Below are positions 1 to 8,642 of a stretch of DNA of 56,353 nt, piece after piece (the first letter of the stretch is position 1; each line of letters begins with the position of its first letter). Under the pieces are notes generated by a model. That model was not told the origin of the DNA, did not search any database, and saw nothing but the letters and a program-made list of their open reading frames with translations. The position numbers and the translations under genes were made by a program. Origin of the DNA: a virus (Duplodnaviria; Caudoviricetes); IMG/VR virus record IMGVR_UViG_3300046804_004565, positions 1 through 56,353 of that record. The stretch is one strand, 5' to 3'.

Positions 1-117
1 ATGTTTATCTCTATATAGTTTATATTTTGGCGTTGGTGGTGCCGACGATACTTTGGCTACTACTGTTGGAGCAATAGCCAAACCAAATAATGTTCCAAAA
101 AATGTTCTACGGTTCAT
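1..117 (-). CDS. Partial ORF with twin-arginine (Tat)-like signal peptide; runs off window edge
   Basis: Manual translation MNRRTFFGTLFGLAIAPTVVAKVSSAPP...; RRxFF motif plus hydrophobic stretch; starts 3 nt after the stop of the upstream gene. Confidence 0.55.
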   Translation of the reverse strand, partial: MNRRTFFGTLFGLAIAPTVVAKVSSAPPTPKYKLYRDKH

Positions 118-119
118 AA

Positions 120-839
120 TTAAAATTTCCTTTCCTTCTCCATTCTGCGGAGTGTTTGCTCGGGTGTTTCATTTGGTAGCATTTCATATGAACAGCCAAT
201 CGTTCCACCTTTCCAAGATCCAGTTCTTTCGCCCACTTCATCATCAAATCTTACATCTAATGTAGTGCTGACCTTTTTCATCCAAGGAACACATCTTACA
301 GCCCAAGTTCTACGTTCAATATGACAAGTTGCCTTGCGGTTTTGCACAGTGCCATTCTTTAGGACATATGTATAATCGTATGTCTTGGCATTTTTGCTTA
401 CCCAAGCTTCGGTTTCCTTATACCATTTATCCCAATCTCTTTTACCAGCCTCTTCTTTACATACTGTATTCATATCCCAATCAAGCAGTTCAGTACGCTT
501 CCATTTATATGTCCAAGGCATATCGATGGTCAATGATTTATTATGAAATTGAAATACGGTTGCTTCCCAGTTGTTAAGATCGGGATAAAGATAAAAACCG
601 TAATTATGTTCTTCTCTGGAACTTTGGGCTGCTTCTACTCCAAACGATGGTGTACGAATATAAAATGTTATAAAATATAAACTGATGATCAGTTTGGGCT
701 CATAACAATAATGAGGACCATTCCATCTAAACGAGATGTCTTTAGTCAATAGAGCAATTTCACCCCAAGAAAATCTATATGAACGATCTCTACCGCCGTA
801 GTTATGCTCATAACCGATTAGTTTTAAAAATTTGTTCAT
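120..839 (-). CDS. Hypothetical phage protein
   Basis: Long ORF; start moved to MNKFLK (839) to avoid overlap with the upstream gene. Confidence 0.75.
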   Translation of the reverse strand: MNKFLKLIGYEHNYGGRDRSYRFSWGEIALLTKDISFRWNGPHYCYEPKLIISLYFITFYIRTPSFGVEAAQSSREEHNYGFYLYPDLNNWEATVFQFHNKSLTIDMPWTYKWKRTELLDWDMNTVCKEEAGKRDWDKWYKETEAWVSKNAKTYDYTYVLKNGTVQNRKATCHIERRTWAVRCVPWMKKVSTTLDVRFDDEVGERTGSWKGGTIGCSYEMLPNETPEQTLRRMEKERKF

Positions 840-841
840 AA

Positions 842-1135
842 TCAATCCAATCTGATTGTTGAGCCCTTGAACCAAATACCCTTGCTTACATTGCCGGACA
901 CTTTGGTTCCGTTTGGAGCAGTTGCTTCAAATCCAGTATTAAAATATTCCTGTGTGCCATTGAACCATCTGTAGCCAGTAATCTTGATATTTGTAAATCC
1001 ATTCGCCTGTAATACTCTGGTCGCACCTTCTGAATCAACAGCAATCACAGGAGCAAATACTGTCATACCGACACCAACAGCGAACAAAATCAATACAAAT
1101 ACTACTCCAAGTGTTTCCTTATTATTAGTTTTCAT
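842..1135 (-). CDS. Small membrane-anchored hypothetical protein
   Basis: N-terminal hydrophobic helix; abuts its neighbours. Confidence 0.7.
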   Translation of the reverse strand: MKTNNKETLGVVFVLILFAVGVGMTVFAPVIAVDSEGATRVLQANGFTNIKITGYRWFNGTQEYFNTGFEATAPNGTKVSGNVSKGIWFKGSTIRLD

Positions 1136-1138
1136 AAC

Positions 1139-1348
1139 TTATTCATCCAACAGTTGTAACGCTTCATTGATTTGCTTACGCACTTCTTGCGCCATATCAT
1201 CTGCTGTATTGAATGTAGGACCGTGCTTGAGATGATTTCTAAGCATATAATCAATATCGTGTAAAGCAGCCCAAGCATCATTTGCGTGAATAGCACGAAG
1301 ATGCTCGCTGCGTTCTTCTGGCAGATTAAACTCTAATGTTGCTTTCAT
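1139..1348 (-). CDS. Hypothetical phage protein
   Basis: MKATLEFNLPEE start; 4-nt overlap with the upstream gene. Confidence 0.7.
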   Translation of the reverse strand: MKATLEFNLPEERSEHLRAIHANDAWAALHDIDYMLRNHLKHGPTFNTADDMAQEVRKQINEALQLLDE

Positions 1349-1812
1349 AGTTGTAGATTTTTAGCAGCTTGCCAAGGATAATGCCACGGCTGTTTTTCAC
1401 TGTCAATGTTTTTGATCCATTCTTTCGCAAGTTCTATATTGCTAAACTGCTTGGCACTGCCACACAATCCAAGAATCATATTTCTTGCATCTTCTTCAGT
1501 TGAACCTTCCCAACTATCGCACCCAGAGCAACTTCCATAATAATCAGTCATTATAACAACTTCTCCATTATGAAACTTATATGCAATAGCAATAGTTCCC
1601 TGCCAATCACCTTCATTCCACCATCCGATCACTTCGGCATTTTTACCAAAGATATTACGCATCACATCCTCGTGACCACCAGCATAACGAGGTTGTGACA
1701 ATACATGCGGCCAATCAATATAATCTTCAAGAATAAGAGACATACGAAACACTGTGCCCGATTTGTATAGAATGTCAATAACTTTTCTCACTTTTTTCTC
1801 ACTTTTATACAA
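1345..1812 (-). CDS. Hypothetical phage protein (GSCSGCD motif)
   Basis: 155-aa ORF with CxxC-type motif; start uncertain. Confidence 0.65.
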   Translation of the reverse strand: MYKSEKKVRKVIDILYKSGTVFRMSLILEDYIDWPHVLSQPRYAGGHEDVMRNIFGKNAEVIGWWNEGDWQGTIAIAYKFHNGEVVIMTDYYGSCSGCDSWEGSTEEDARNMILGLCGSAKQFSNIELAKEWIKNIDSEKQPWHYPWQAAKNLQL

Positions 1813-1833
1813 CTGCTTTATATTTATTGATAT

Positions 1834-1989
1834 ATGGGAAGAAAGAAAAAATACAAAACATTAGAAGAAAAACTGGTCGCTGACCGTGAAAAGGCTATGC
1901 GTTATTACTTCAACAATCAAGAGGTTATAAAGAAAAAGAACTTGAGGAGGTATTATGAAAACAAGCGGAATATACAAGATAGTCAATAA
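1834..1989 (+). CDS. Small basic protein upstream of homing endonuclease (51 aa)
   Basis: Manual translation MGRKKKYKTLEEKLVADREKAMRYY...DSQ*; TATTTAT motif at 1821-1827; overlaps the GIY-YIG start. Confidence 0.55.
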   Translation: MGRKKKYKTLEEKLVADREKAMRYYFNNQEVIKKKNLRRYYENKRNIQDSQ

Positions 1990-2656
1990 GATAGACGGCA
2001 AATGCTACATTGGTAGTTCTCAAAACATATTGGGAACTACATACAAACAAGGCAGATTTTATGCCCATAAAAGAATGCTCAAGTTGCGAATACATCATTG
2101 TGTTCATTTACAAAGAGCATATGACATATACGGAATAAATAATTTTGATTTCATTATTGTCGAGGAAGCTCGTCCAGAAGATTTGGTACAGGTGGAACAA
2201 AAATATTTGGACGAAGCCAGACGAAACCCATCAATGTATTATAACTGCTCGTATGATTCAGGCAGAATTACTATGACTCCGGAAATTATTTCAAAAATAA
2301 GAGCATCAAATCAAGCGTATCAATCTAAAAAAATATGGACAGCCGAAGAGCGTGCAAAAATGTCAAGAAAAGGTAAAAACCATCCAATGTATGGAAAAAA
2401 ACACACAGATGCTAGCAAAAGAAAAAACAGTGAATCTAACAAAATTGCACAATCTGGAGAAAATAATTCCCGCTTTAACCCCACAGTTCGTTCTTTCTAT
2501 AATAGAATATCAAACGAATCGTTTGTCGGAACCAGATACGCTTTTATAAAAAAATACAACTTGTGTGGAGGAAATGTTTCTGCCCTAATAAACAACAAAG
2601 CAAAAAGTGTAAAAGGATGGATTATTCGAGGAATAAATGAAATTCAGGAATGCTGA
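1955..2656 (+). CDS. GIY-YIG homing endonuclease with NUMOD3-type DNA-binding motifs (free-standing)
   Basis: GIYKI...YIGSS, conserved R, E (EQKYLD) and N (YNC); HPMYGKKHT motif; opposite strand to flanking genes. Confidence 0.9.
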   Translation: MKTSGIYKIVNKIDGKCYIGSSQNILGTTYKQGRFYAHKRMLKLRIHHCVHLQRAYDIYGINNFDFIIVEEARPEDLVQVEQKYLDEARRNPSMYYNCSYDSGRITMTPEIISKIRASNQAYQSKKIWTAEERAKMSRKGKNHPMYGKKHTDASKRKNSESNKIAQSGENNSRFNPTVRSFYNRISNESFVGTRYAFIKKYNLCGGNVSALINNKAKSVKGWIIRGINEIQEC

Positions 2657-2693
2657 TAAACAAAAATAAAACAATACAAGAAATGGATACTGA

Positions 2694-3839
2694 TTACTTC
2701 GTAGGGTCGCAATTCTCAATATCCACTCTGGCGTAATTTGGGATTTGGAGACCTGTGAGCCCGTTGTATTGAAACTTCACCTCTCGCCCAATCCACTTGT
2801 TCTTTTCCTTTAGGAATTTAGCACCTTGCTCCATCGTTCCCTTGAAAGTGGCATCAAAAATCTTGCCATTCCAGTTGAGCGTGATGATCTTACCAGTTCC
2901 AGCCCAGTTGCCTTTTCCTTCCGTAATTTCAACAATGGTAGCCTCATCATCTTCCAACGGCTTCCACTTCAAAAGATACGAACTGCGTTTGTGTTCGTAT
3001 GGCGAACTTGGCACACGCACAATGACACCTTCCTGACCATCATCGACATACTTGTTGAAAATGGCACGAACCTCATCAAGAGAATGAGCCATTTCAGTTT
3101 CAACGGCACGATAATACTTGCTATATTTCGGAAGAAGTTCATCAAGACGAGCCTTACGAACAGAATACTTGTTACAAGCATCGGTGGCGGTGCCAATGTT
3201 ATAACAATCATAAATATAGAACCTCACCATCTCTTCACTCTTCTTCAAGTCAGCATCAGTAATCTTCTTTGTCTTACGAACAATACTCATCAACTCGTTC
3301 AGTTTCTGGCGATAATCATACGAGAACAATTCGCCATCAAGAACGGCTTCTGGATAATCAGCGAAGAACTTTTCCAAGTCCTTGGCGATATGTGGAATTG
3401 AAATATACTCCTCGCCCTTTCTGGTGGTAAGACGAACACGTTCACCATCATATGTTGCTACACAACGAGCACCATTGTATTTATTCTGTACAAATACTCC
3501 CTCGTCCCAGTCAATTTTATCAAGTCGGTCCTCAAAGTTCTTCGCCAACATCGGTTCTACGAATGAAGTAGAACTGTCAATCTTGGTTACATCGGTTGTA
3601 TAACCCAGCTTGACCTTCTTGTCCCACTTGGCTTGAGCCTCGCTAACAGCCTGTTCATCGGCAGTCGTAGCATTAGCACGCCCAACATTCTTGGGTTCGC
3701 ATACAGTCCATTCACTCAAGACCTTCTTGCCATCTGTCTGACCAGACTCGACGCGGAACTTGTTGCCATCAATCTGCACGGTCCATTGCTGAACAGCACC
3801 AGTAGAAGTACGAGAGAACAATGTTGGGAGTGATTTCAT
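2694..3839 (-). CDS. lig: ATP-dependent DNA ligase
   Basis: Motif I KYNGAR, LDGELF, EGVIVR, LLKWKP; PMLA before motif I. Confidence 0.92.
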   Translation of the reverse strand: MKSLPTLFSRTSTGAVQQWTVQIDGNKFRVESGQTDGKKVLSEWTVCEPKNVGRANATTADEQAVSEAQAKWDKKVKLGYTTDVTKIDSSTSFVEPMLAKNFEDRLDKIDWDEGVFVQNKYNGARCVATYDGERVRLTTRKGEEYISIPHIAKDLEKFFADYPEAVLDGELFSYDYRQKLNELMSIVRKTKKITDADLKKSEEMVRFYIYDCYNIGTATDACNKYSVRKARLDELLPKYSKYYRAVETEMAHSLDEVRAIFNKYVDDGQEGVIVRVPSSPYEHKRSSYLLKWKPLEDDEATIVEITEGKGNWAGTGKIITLNWNGKIFDATFKGTMEQGAKFLKEKNKWIGREVKFQYNGLTGLQIPNYARVDIENCDPTK

Positions 3840-3846
3840 ACTGTAT

Positions 3847-3874
3847 AGAGTGACAGGTTTTTATAGAAAGTCAA
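3847..3874 (-). promoter_or_regulatory. Sigma70-like promoter TTGACT-N16-CACTCT
   Basis: Shares TTGACTTTCTATAAAA with the promoters at 4320-4347 and 4669-4696. Confidence 0.55.
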
Positions 3875-3877
3875 GAG

Positions 3878-4009
3878 TTATTTACGCTTTAATCCAATAG
3901 ATTCAAGATAACCTCCGTGTACTTCAGAATATTCGCCTTCAAGTTTCTTGTATTTCTTTCGGAGATTATAGTAACGCTTTTTCCAATTTGTTTTCTTCTT
4001 GGTTTTCAT
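3878..4009 (-). CDS. Small basic hypothetical protein (43 aa)
   Basis: Manual translation MKTKKKTNWKKRYYNL...; fills the gap between genes. Confidence 0.5.
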   Translation of the reverse strand: MKTKKKTNWKKRYYNLRKKYKKLEGEYSEVHGGYLESIGLKRK

Positions 4010-4010
4010 A

Positions 4011-4310
4011 TTATACCTTCTTCTTTAGCGGTTTGCGTACCCATTCTCCACCCACCCAAACCAGCCGCTGATTGTTCTTCTTGGCTCGTTCAACATCACG
4101 CCAATCGGGTTCGGGAATAGGATACATAATGTGTTTGGCTTCTTTCATGCCCATTCCAAGCCGCTTGGCAATCTCTCTAAATCCCATCTTATGATCAAGA
4201 TGAAGATGCTCAATCATGAGCTTGAGAGCATATGCATTTGCTTCTCGTTTAGCTTCGTGTCCAGCACCCGATGCAGTGCTGTAAAGATTATATAGCGTTG
4301 CTTCGTCCAT
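4011..4310 (-). CDS. Hypothetical protein, possible helix-turn-helix
   Basis: MGFREIAKRLGMG segment resembles an HTH. Confidence 0.6.
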   Translation of the reverse strand: MDEATLYNLYSTASGAGHEAKREANAYALKLMIEHLHLDHKMGFREIAKRLGMGMKEAKHIMYPIPEPDWRDVERAKKNNQRLVWVGGEWVRKPLKKKV

Positions 4311-4319
4311 AATGGATAT

Positions 4320-4347
4320 ACTATGACTATTTTTTATAGAAAGTCAA
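4320..4347 (-). promoter_or_regulatory. Sigma70-like promoter TTGACT-N16-CATAGT
   Basis: Repeated motif TTGACTTTCTATAAAA directly upstream of a start codon. Confidence 0.6.
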
Positions 4348-4655
4348 GAACAATTTACCGCAAGCATATTCGCTCGCACAGCTTCCCACTCGGCATTCTT
4401 CTCAGCAATCAGCTTCAGAGCTTCTTCTTCACTATCAACGAATACCGTGTATTTGGCGAAAAAAGCATCGTTCACAAAATATGTGATTCCCTGCATAGTG
4501 ATATAACTATCACGATTGTTAGTGACAATTAGCGGTACAAACTCCTTATATTGACTTGCCCAACGGAAGTGGGCTTGCATAGTGCCATCGGCAGAAGGAA
4601 ACGAATAAATGTTTCCGAAACCCTCTTGGATGAAGTAACGTAGTGGATCTTTCAT
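4344..4655 (-). CDS. Hypothetical protein
   Basis: 103-aa ORF with its own upstream promoter motif. Confidence 0.65.
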   Translation of the reverse strand: MKDPLRYFIQEGFGNIYSFPSADGTMQAHFRWASQYKEFVPLIVTNNRDSYITMQGITYFVNDAFFAKYTVFVDSEEEALKLIAEKNAEWEAVRANMLAVNCS

Positions 4656-4668
4656 AATTTAGAAAGAT

Positions 4669-4696
4669 ACTCTAACTACGTTTTATAGAAAGTCAA
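4669..4696 (-). promoter_or_regulatory. Sigma70-like promoter TTGACT-N16-TAGAGT
   Basis: Third copy of TTGACTTTCTATAAAA. Confidence 0.6.
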
Positions 4697-4705
4697 GACT
4701 TTATT

Positions 4706-5494
4706 TCAAAGATCGAAGAATTCACTTTCCTCGATTTTTAAATTACTAATCCAGATTTCTTCACCCACAACTGGATCTTTTTTTGGTTTTCTAAATGTCC
4801 ACTTTTTAACATCAACTTTAAGTTTTAGTTTATTTGCTGTATTTCGGATGGATTCGATATTTTTTGTGATGAAAAGAAATCTTGCTCCGGAGTCATTGAC
4901 ATTCTTTAAATAATCGATATTGAGTTTCAATATTTCATCGTCTTCTATTCTATAGCAAGCGTTATTATTTGTCTCCGGATACGGAGGATCGCAGAAAACA
5001 AAATCATTTTTTCCAATTAAAATTGAAAATGCGTTGTCATAGGTTATTGTATTTTTCATTCTTGGTGCATAGAATTTTATTCTATCGACGACGGTTGTTC
5101 TTGCATACCTGTCCGCGACCATCCAGCCTCCCATCCCAAAAAACCTATTTCTATTCAAATATAGAAAACGCATTCCTTTCTCATTTTTTGAGAGACTTGC
5201 GTCTGGCTTCATATATTTTTTAAAAGTGTCTTTGTCTTTTTTTGCTGGTAAATTTTTTATGATGTAATCGGAGTTATCTCGCATAACATCATATGTGGAT
5301 ATGAGATCACGATTGATATCAGCTATCTTGCAGTGCTTTTTTTCATCATCGTTCAATACTCTGAAATACGTCGCGCCTCCGCCGACAAACGGTTCAATAT
5401 AATACTCATAATCTTTTGGGATATATTTTTTTATATCTTTCCAATTCTTGTCCTTGCTTCCTGCCCACATAAAAGGTGTTTTATGTTTAATCAT
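4706..5494 (-). CDS. Dam-like (D12 class) N6-adenine DNA methyltransferase
   Basis: WAGSK, EPFVGGG (SAM-binding), DIN, DPPY catalytic motif. Confidence 0.9.
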   Translation of the reverse strand: MIKHKTPFMWAGSKDKNWKDIKKYIPKDYEYYIEPFVGGGATYFRVLNDDEKKHCKIADINRDLISTYDVMRDNSDYIIKNLPAKKDKDTFKKYMKPDASLSKNEKGMRFLYLNRNRFFGMGGWMVADRYARTTVVDRIKFYAPRMKNTITYDNAFSILIGKNDFVFCDPPYPETNNNACYRIEDDEILKLNIDYLKNVNDSGARFLFITKNIESIRNTANKLKLKVDVKKWTFRKPKKDPVVGEEIWISNLKIEESEFFDL

Positions 5495-5979
5495 TTATTA
5501 TAAATATTTGATTCTTTCATCATTTTTAAAAATGATTTTCTACCTTTGTCTGCACTTTTTCCTAATTTACCTTGCTTATACAAATCCCAAACAAGAATTG
5601 ATGGGATATTGAATACATTAACAATTCCATTTCGCAAGTCAATCTGATTGATATCCGCAATCATAAAATAGTCAACTTTAGATATTTTGTGTTCGTAAAA
5701 TTTATTTTCGTCAAACCGTCTTCCATCACCGATTTGATTGCTTGGGCGGAACATTACTTTATTGGTGAGACAGCGAACTTCTGCTTTTTTATTTTCTGGA
5801 TCTATTACATCATAAGGATCTCCCTCGGAGACAGCTTTTTTATAGCCTTCCAATTTAGAAATTCTTTTTTCAATAATCATCGAAATACGACGACCATCCA
5901 TATAAACTTCTACCCATTCGTCTATGCTTAGACCCATACCTTCTGCTGCCAACGGCACATTAAATTCGATTTTAATCAT
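5491..5979 (-). CDS. Putative PD-(D/E)xK-like nuclease coupled to the methylase
   Basis: E...PYD...EVR arrangement; 4-nt overlap with the MTase; function inferred. Confidence 0.4.
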   Translation of the reverse strand: MIKIEFNVPLAAEGMGLSIDEWVEVYMDGRRISMIIEKRISKLEGYKKAVSEGDPYDVIDPENKKAEVRCLTNKVMFRPSNQIGDGRRFDENKFYEHKISKVDYFMIADINQIDLRNGIVNVFNIPSILVWDLYKQGKLGKSADKGRKSFLKMMKESNIYNK

Positions 5980-6017
5980 GAATATATCAAGTTATGATGA
6001 AATAGTTTTGATGGAAG

Positions 6018-6275
6018 TCAAGACTTAATTTGCTCTTCCAGATATTCTTTAAGTTCGATCAGGTCTTTCTTTTCAAGAATAACCTCATCTCCATATGGTC
6101 TTCCAGTCTTCAAGATATGCCAGATACAACGCAGACGATATCTCCAAGAGTTTTCTACGGCATATCCACGTTGCCAGAATGAAACATACCACATTTGGTC
6201 TTCGTGATCTTTTTCAAAATGAAGTTCGTGAGTGTGACACCCACAAGTGATGTGTAGTTCGTTATCTTTTTTCAT
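6018..6275 (-). CDS. Hypothetical phage protein
   Basis: 85-aa ORF with CGCHTH motif. Confidence 0.65.
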   Translation of the reverse strand: MKKDNELHITCGCHTHELHFEKDHEDQMWYVSFWQRGYAVENSWRYRLRCIWHILKTGRPYGDEVILEKKDLIELKEYLEEQIKS

Positions 6276-6487
6276 AAATTTCTTTTGATAAAATCACGCG
6301 AATGACTCAACTTTCCCATAGCTTCCAATTGCTTTCCTTCGCAGAATCTGCGATGCATATATGTAAGCTCTTTAGTTGTTTTGCTTGTCAATAATGTAAT
6401 TGTAAATCCCTGTGAATTAAGATGCTCAATCATAGTGGATCGGTTTAGCGTTTTGATCTTGTCCAATTTTGGTCTGAATGATCTCAT
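6272..6487 (-). CDS. Hypothetical protein
   Basis: Overlapping-stop/start packing; start set at MRSF. Confidence 0.55.
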   Translation of the reverse strand: MRSFRPKLDKIKTLNRSTMIEHLNSQGFTITLLTSKTTKELTYMHRRFCEGKQLEAMGKLSHSRDFIKRNL

Positions 6488-6488
6488 A

Positions 6489-6653
6489 TTAGTCAAAAAA
6501 TCCGCCCCAAATCAATAACGCAACCAGAATCGCGTGACTGATGACGGTGACAAACACATTGTATTTGTCGGTTCTTGGCTGATCGTGCTTGGCAAGAACC
6601 ACGCCGATATCAAGCGCAAACATCAATAGAATTAATACTTGTGGAATATGCAT
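6489..6653 (-). CDS. Small two-TM membrane protein (54 aa)
   Basis: Manual translation MHIPQVLILLMFALDIGVVLAKHDQPRTDKYNVF...LLIWGGFFD*. Confidence 0.6.
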   Translation of the reverse strand: MHIPQVLILLMFALDIGVVLAKHDQPRTDKYNVFVTVISHAILVALLIWGGFFD

Positions 6654-6658
6654 ATAAA

Positions 6659-7063
6659 TTATTCAGTTTCAGTTTCCTCTTCACGAACAAAGTTCAAAAA
6701 TTGTTCATCCGAGTATTCTACTCCATTCTCATATCTGGCGGTATTATTCACAGGTCCAATCATCTGATAAAACACATCGTCTTCCTGATAATCGGCTTCA
6801 TCCTTGGGACTAATCTCATACTCGGCATTTTGGCTGTTTTCATTATTCTTTTCTGGATAATACTCTGGGGTTCTTGGGTTGGTATCAGTATAAATCTTCA
6901 ATCCAAGATTGTTTTTGTTCTGCATTATCCAATCACCAATTTCCTCGTTGGTCTTGCCATCCAGTTCAGGGAACTTGCTGGGATCAATGACCACATCTTC
7001 ATATCCAGAAATTATCGTCATTTTCTGACAATATTCAAAACGCAATAGTTTTCTTTTATTCAT
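6659..7063 (-). CDS. Acidic hypothetical protein
   Basis: 134-aa ORF in operon arrangement. Confidence 0.65.
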   Translation of the reverse strand: MNKRKLLRFEYCQKMTIISGYEDVVIDPSKFPELDGKTNEEIGDWIMQNKNNLGLKIYTDTNPRTPEYYPEKNNENSQNAEYEISPKDEADYQEDDVFYQMIGPVNNTARYENGVEYSDEQFLNFVREEETETE

Positions 7064-7923
7064 GTCAAATTGTTCATTTCGCTGTCAGTAACAGATATGT
7101 TACCAACATCTTTTAGATTTACATCATGCATAGTATCGTATATGGTAACTACTCCATCTTCGATTACCATATAATGATTGCTATCTGTGTCCAATGCATA
7201 GTTGACGCTTAATGAACAATCAAAATTGCGATTGCTCTTGTAATAGTCGGTAATCGGGGCTTTGTATATGCCTCCACCTTGCTGTTGTATAAGAATCTGC
7301 GGAACCTTGTGTCTTGTATGACCAACAATCTGATTTATATACTTGACGGGAGCGAATGAATCCCAATCCACCCAGTTGATACCACCGTTCTTGTGCATTC
7401 CACCTCTGTCCCATCCAGCGGCAAACAACGGAGCATCTTTTCCATCCCTTGCCAGTTTGTCATTGGCAACAACAGCGTCTTTGAGTATCTCATCAACGAC
7501 TTGTATTGAGTTTTCGCGCTGCTCCCCAACAGAAATTATTTTCCATTGGGCAGAACTCAGTCCGGCGTGAATGAACAGGAATCCAGCATCAATATGATAC
7601 CAACTAAATTGAGCTTTGTGTTCTTCTTTCAGTATTTCATTGATGAACTTGTTTTTGCTGTCTCTATAACCAGAGCAACGAAATGCTGGATTATCATTAT
7701 AGAAATACATTGTGTCGTGGTTGCCGATGAGCGGCACAATCTTCTTGTTTGGTAATACGGAGTCACGCAGCCACGCAGCAGTGTCCATTACTTCAAAATC
7801 ACTATCACCCCAAGCATCAAAGTAGTCGCCTAACAAAATGCACTTGTCGTGTGGCACCTTATCTATAATAGATTGGGCACGTAGGTGTCGGTGGTGGATA
7901 TCTGATAACACTAAAATTCGCAT
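7060..7923 (-). CDS. Calcineurin-like metallophosphoesterase
   Basis: SDIH, GDYFD, GNHD, HAG, GHT motifs. Confidence 0.9.
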   Translation of the reverse strand: MRILVLSDIHHRHLRAQSIIDKVPHDKCILLGDYFDAWGDSDFEVMDTAAWLRDSVLPNKKIVPLIGNHDTMYFYNDNPAFRCSGYRDSKNKFINEILKEEHKAQFSWYHIDAGFLFIHAGLSSAQWKIISVGEQRENSIQVVDEILKDAVVANDKLARDGKDAPLFAAGWDRGGMHKNGGINWVDWDSFAPVKYINQIVGHTRHKVPQILIQQQGGGIYKAPITDYYKSNRNFDCSLSVNYALDTDSNHYMVIEDGVVTIYDTMHDVNLKDVGNISVTDSEMNNLT

Positions 7924-7929
7924 AAAAAT

Positions 7930-7957
7930 ACTATAGGGGGTACCTAAATTTTGTCAA
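7930..7957 (-). promoter_or_regulatory. Promoter TTGACA-N16-TATAGT, -10 box 6 nt from ATG
   Basis: Near-consensus boxes. Confidence 0.65.
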
Positions 7958-8318
7958 GCCGCTTTTTCTTTATATAATCACTGTTTATAAACTCTTCCGG
8001 TGTCATAGAAGATTTCTTTTGATTGCAACTATGACAACAAACCACAAAGTTAGATGAGCTGAACGCATTGCCCCCGCTTGATTTGGGAATATAATGATCT
8101 ACAGTGGCTTGCTCTCCTCTTTTGGTCGAATCGCGCTTCAGATTAGATTTTCTGCAATAGAAACAAGATAATGGCCCCTTCTTGGACTCTCTGGTCAAAA
8201 AGGCATTCTTTGACCTATTCCACCGTTTGCTTTCCATTGTGGAATAGGTTTTGTTCAGAAGCACAAGGTGTGCGTAACTCTGAATATGCACATCATCGTT
8301 ATGGATGATGTGCTTCAT
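7944..8318 (-). CDS. HNH endonuclease
   Basis: CFYC...TVDHYIPKSSGG...N...CCHSCNQKK. Confidence 0.85.
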   Translation of the reverse strand: MKHIIHNDDVHIQSYAHLVLLNKTYSTMESKRWNRSKNAFLTRESKKGPLSCFYCRKSNLKRDSTKRGEQATVDHYIPKSSGGNAFSSSNFVVCCHSCNQKKSSMTPEEFINSDYIKKKRLDKI

Positions 8319-8321
8319 ACA

Positions 8322-8633
8322 TTACTCTTCGTCTTCACCCGTGTCTTTTGAGTCGCAAAGCAACTGCTTTCTTTTTGGTGGCGACTTTACATCACCATTG
8401 GCAACTGCTGCGGAAGGCTTTCCCGTAGTTTCCCAGTTGATCTGGATGCTGTTCATATGCTTTTCCGGCATATACACCATACGGACACCATTATGGGCAA
8501 GGATGTCAACCACATCGCGCAGTTTCATATCCCGCAGTTTTTTTAGATTGCCTCCACCCGCTTGGGCACAGGCATTTTCCAGCATAAGATAAAAATCTTC
8601 GCGGCACAACTGTTGTTTGATATTGTCGTTCAT
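8322..8633 (-). CDS. Hypothetical protein
   Basis: 103-aa ORF, tightly packed. Confidence 0.6.
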   Translation of the reverse strand: MNDNIKQQLCREDFYLMLENACAQAGGGNLKKLRDMKLRDVVDILAHNGVRMVYMPEKHMNSIQINWETTGKPSAAVANGDVKSPPKRKQLLCDSKDTGEDEE

Positions 8634-8642
8634 AAATTTATA

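Noticed and set aside
1813-2693. Group I intron around the GIY-YIG gene
   Set aside because: The flanking genes look complete, the endonuclease is on the opposite strand, and there is too little non-coding sequence for an intron core.
6538-6600. Hammerhead-like CUGAUGA
   Set aside because: No GAAA core after a stem II; the region encodes a plausible 54-aa membrane protein on the other strand.
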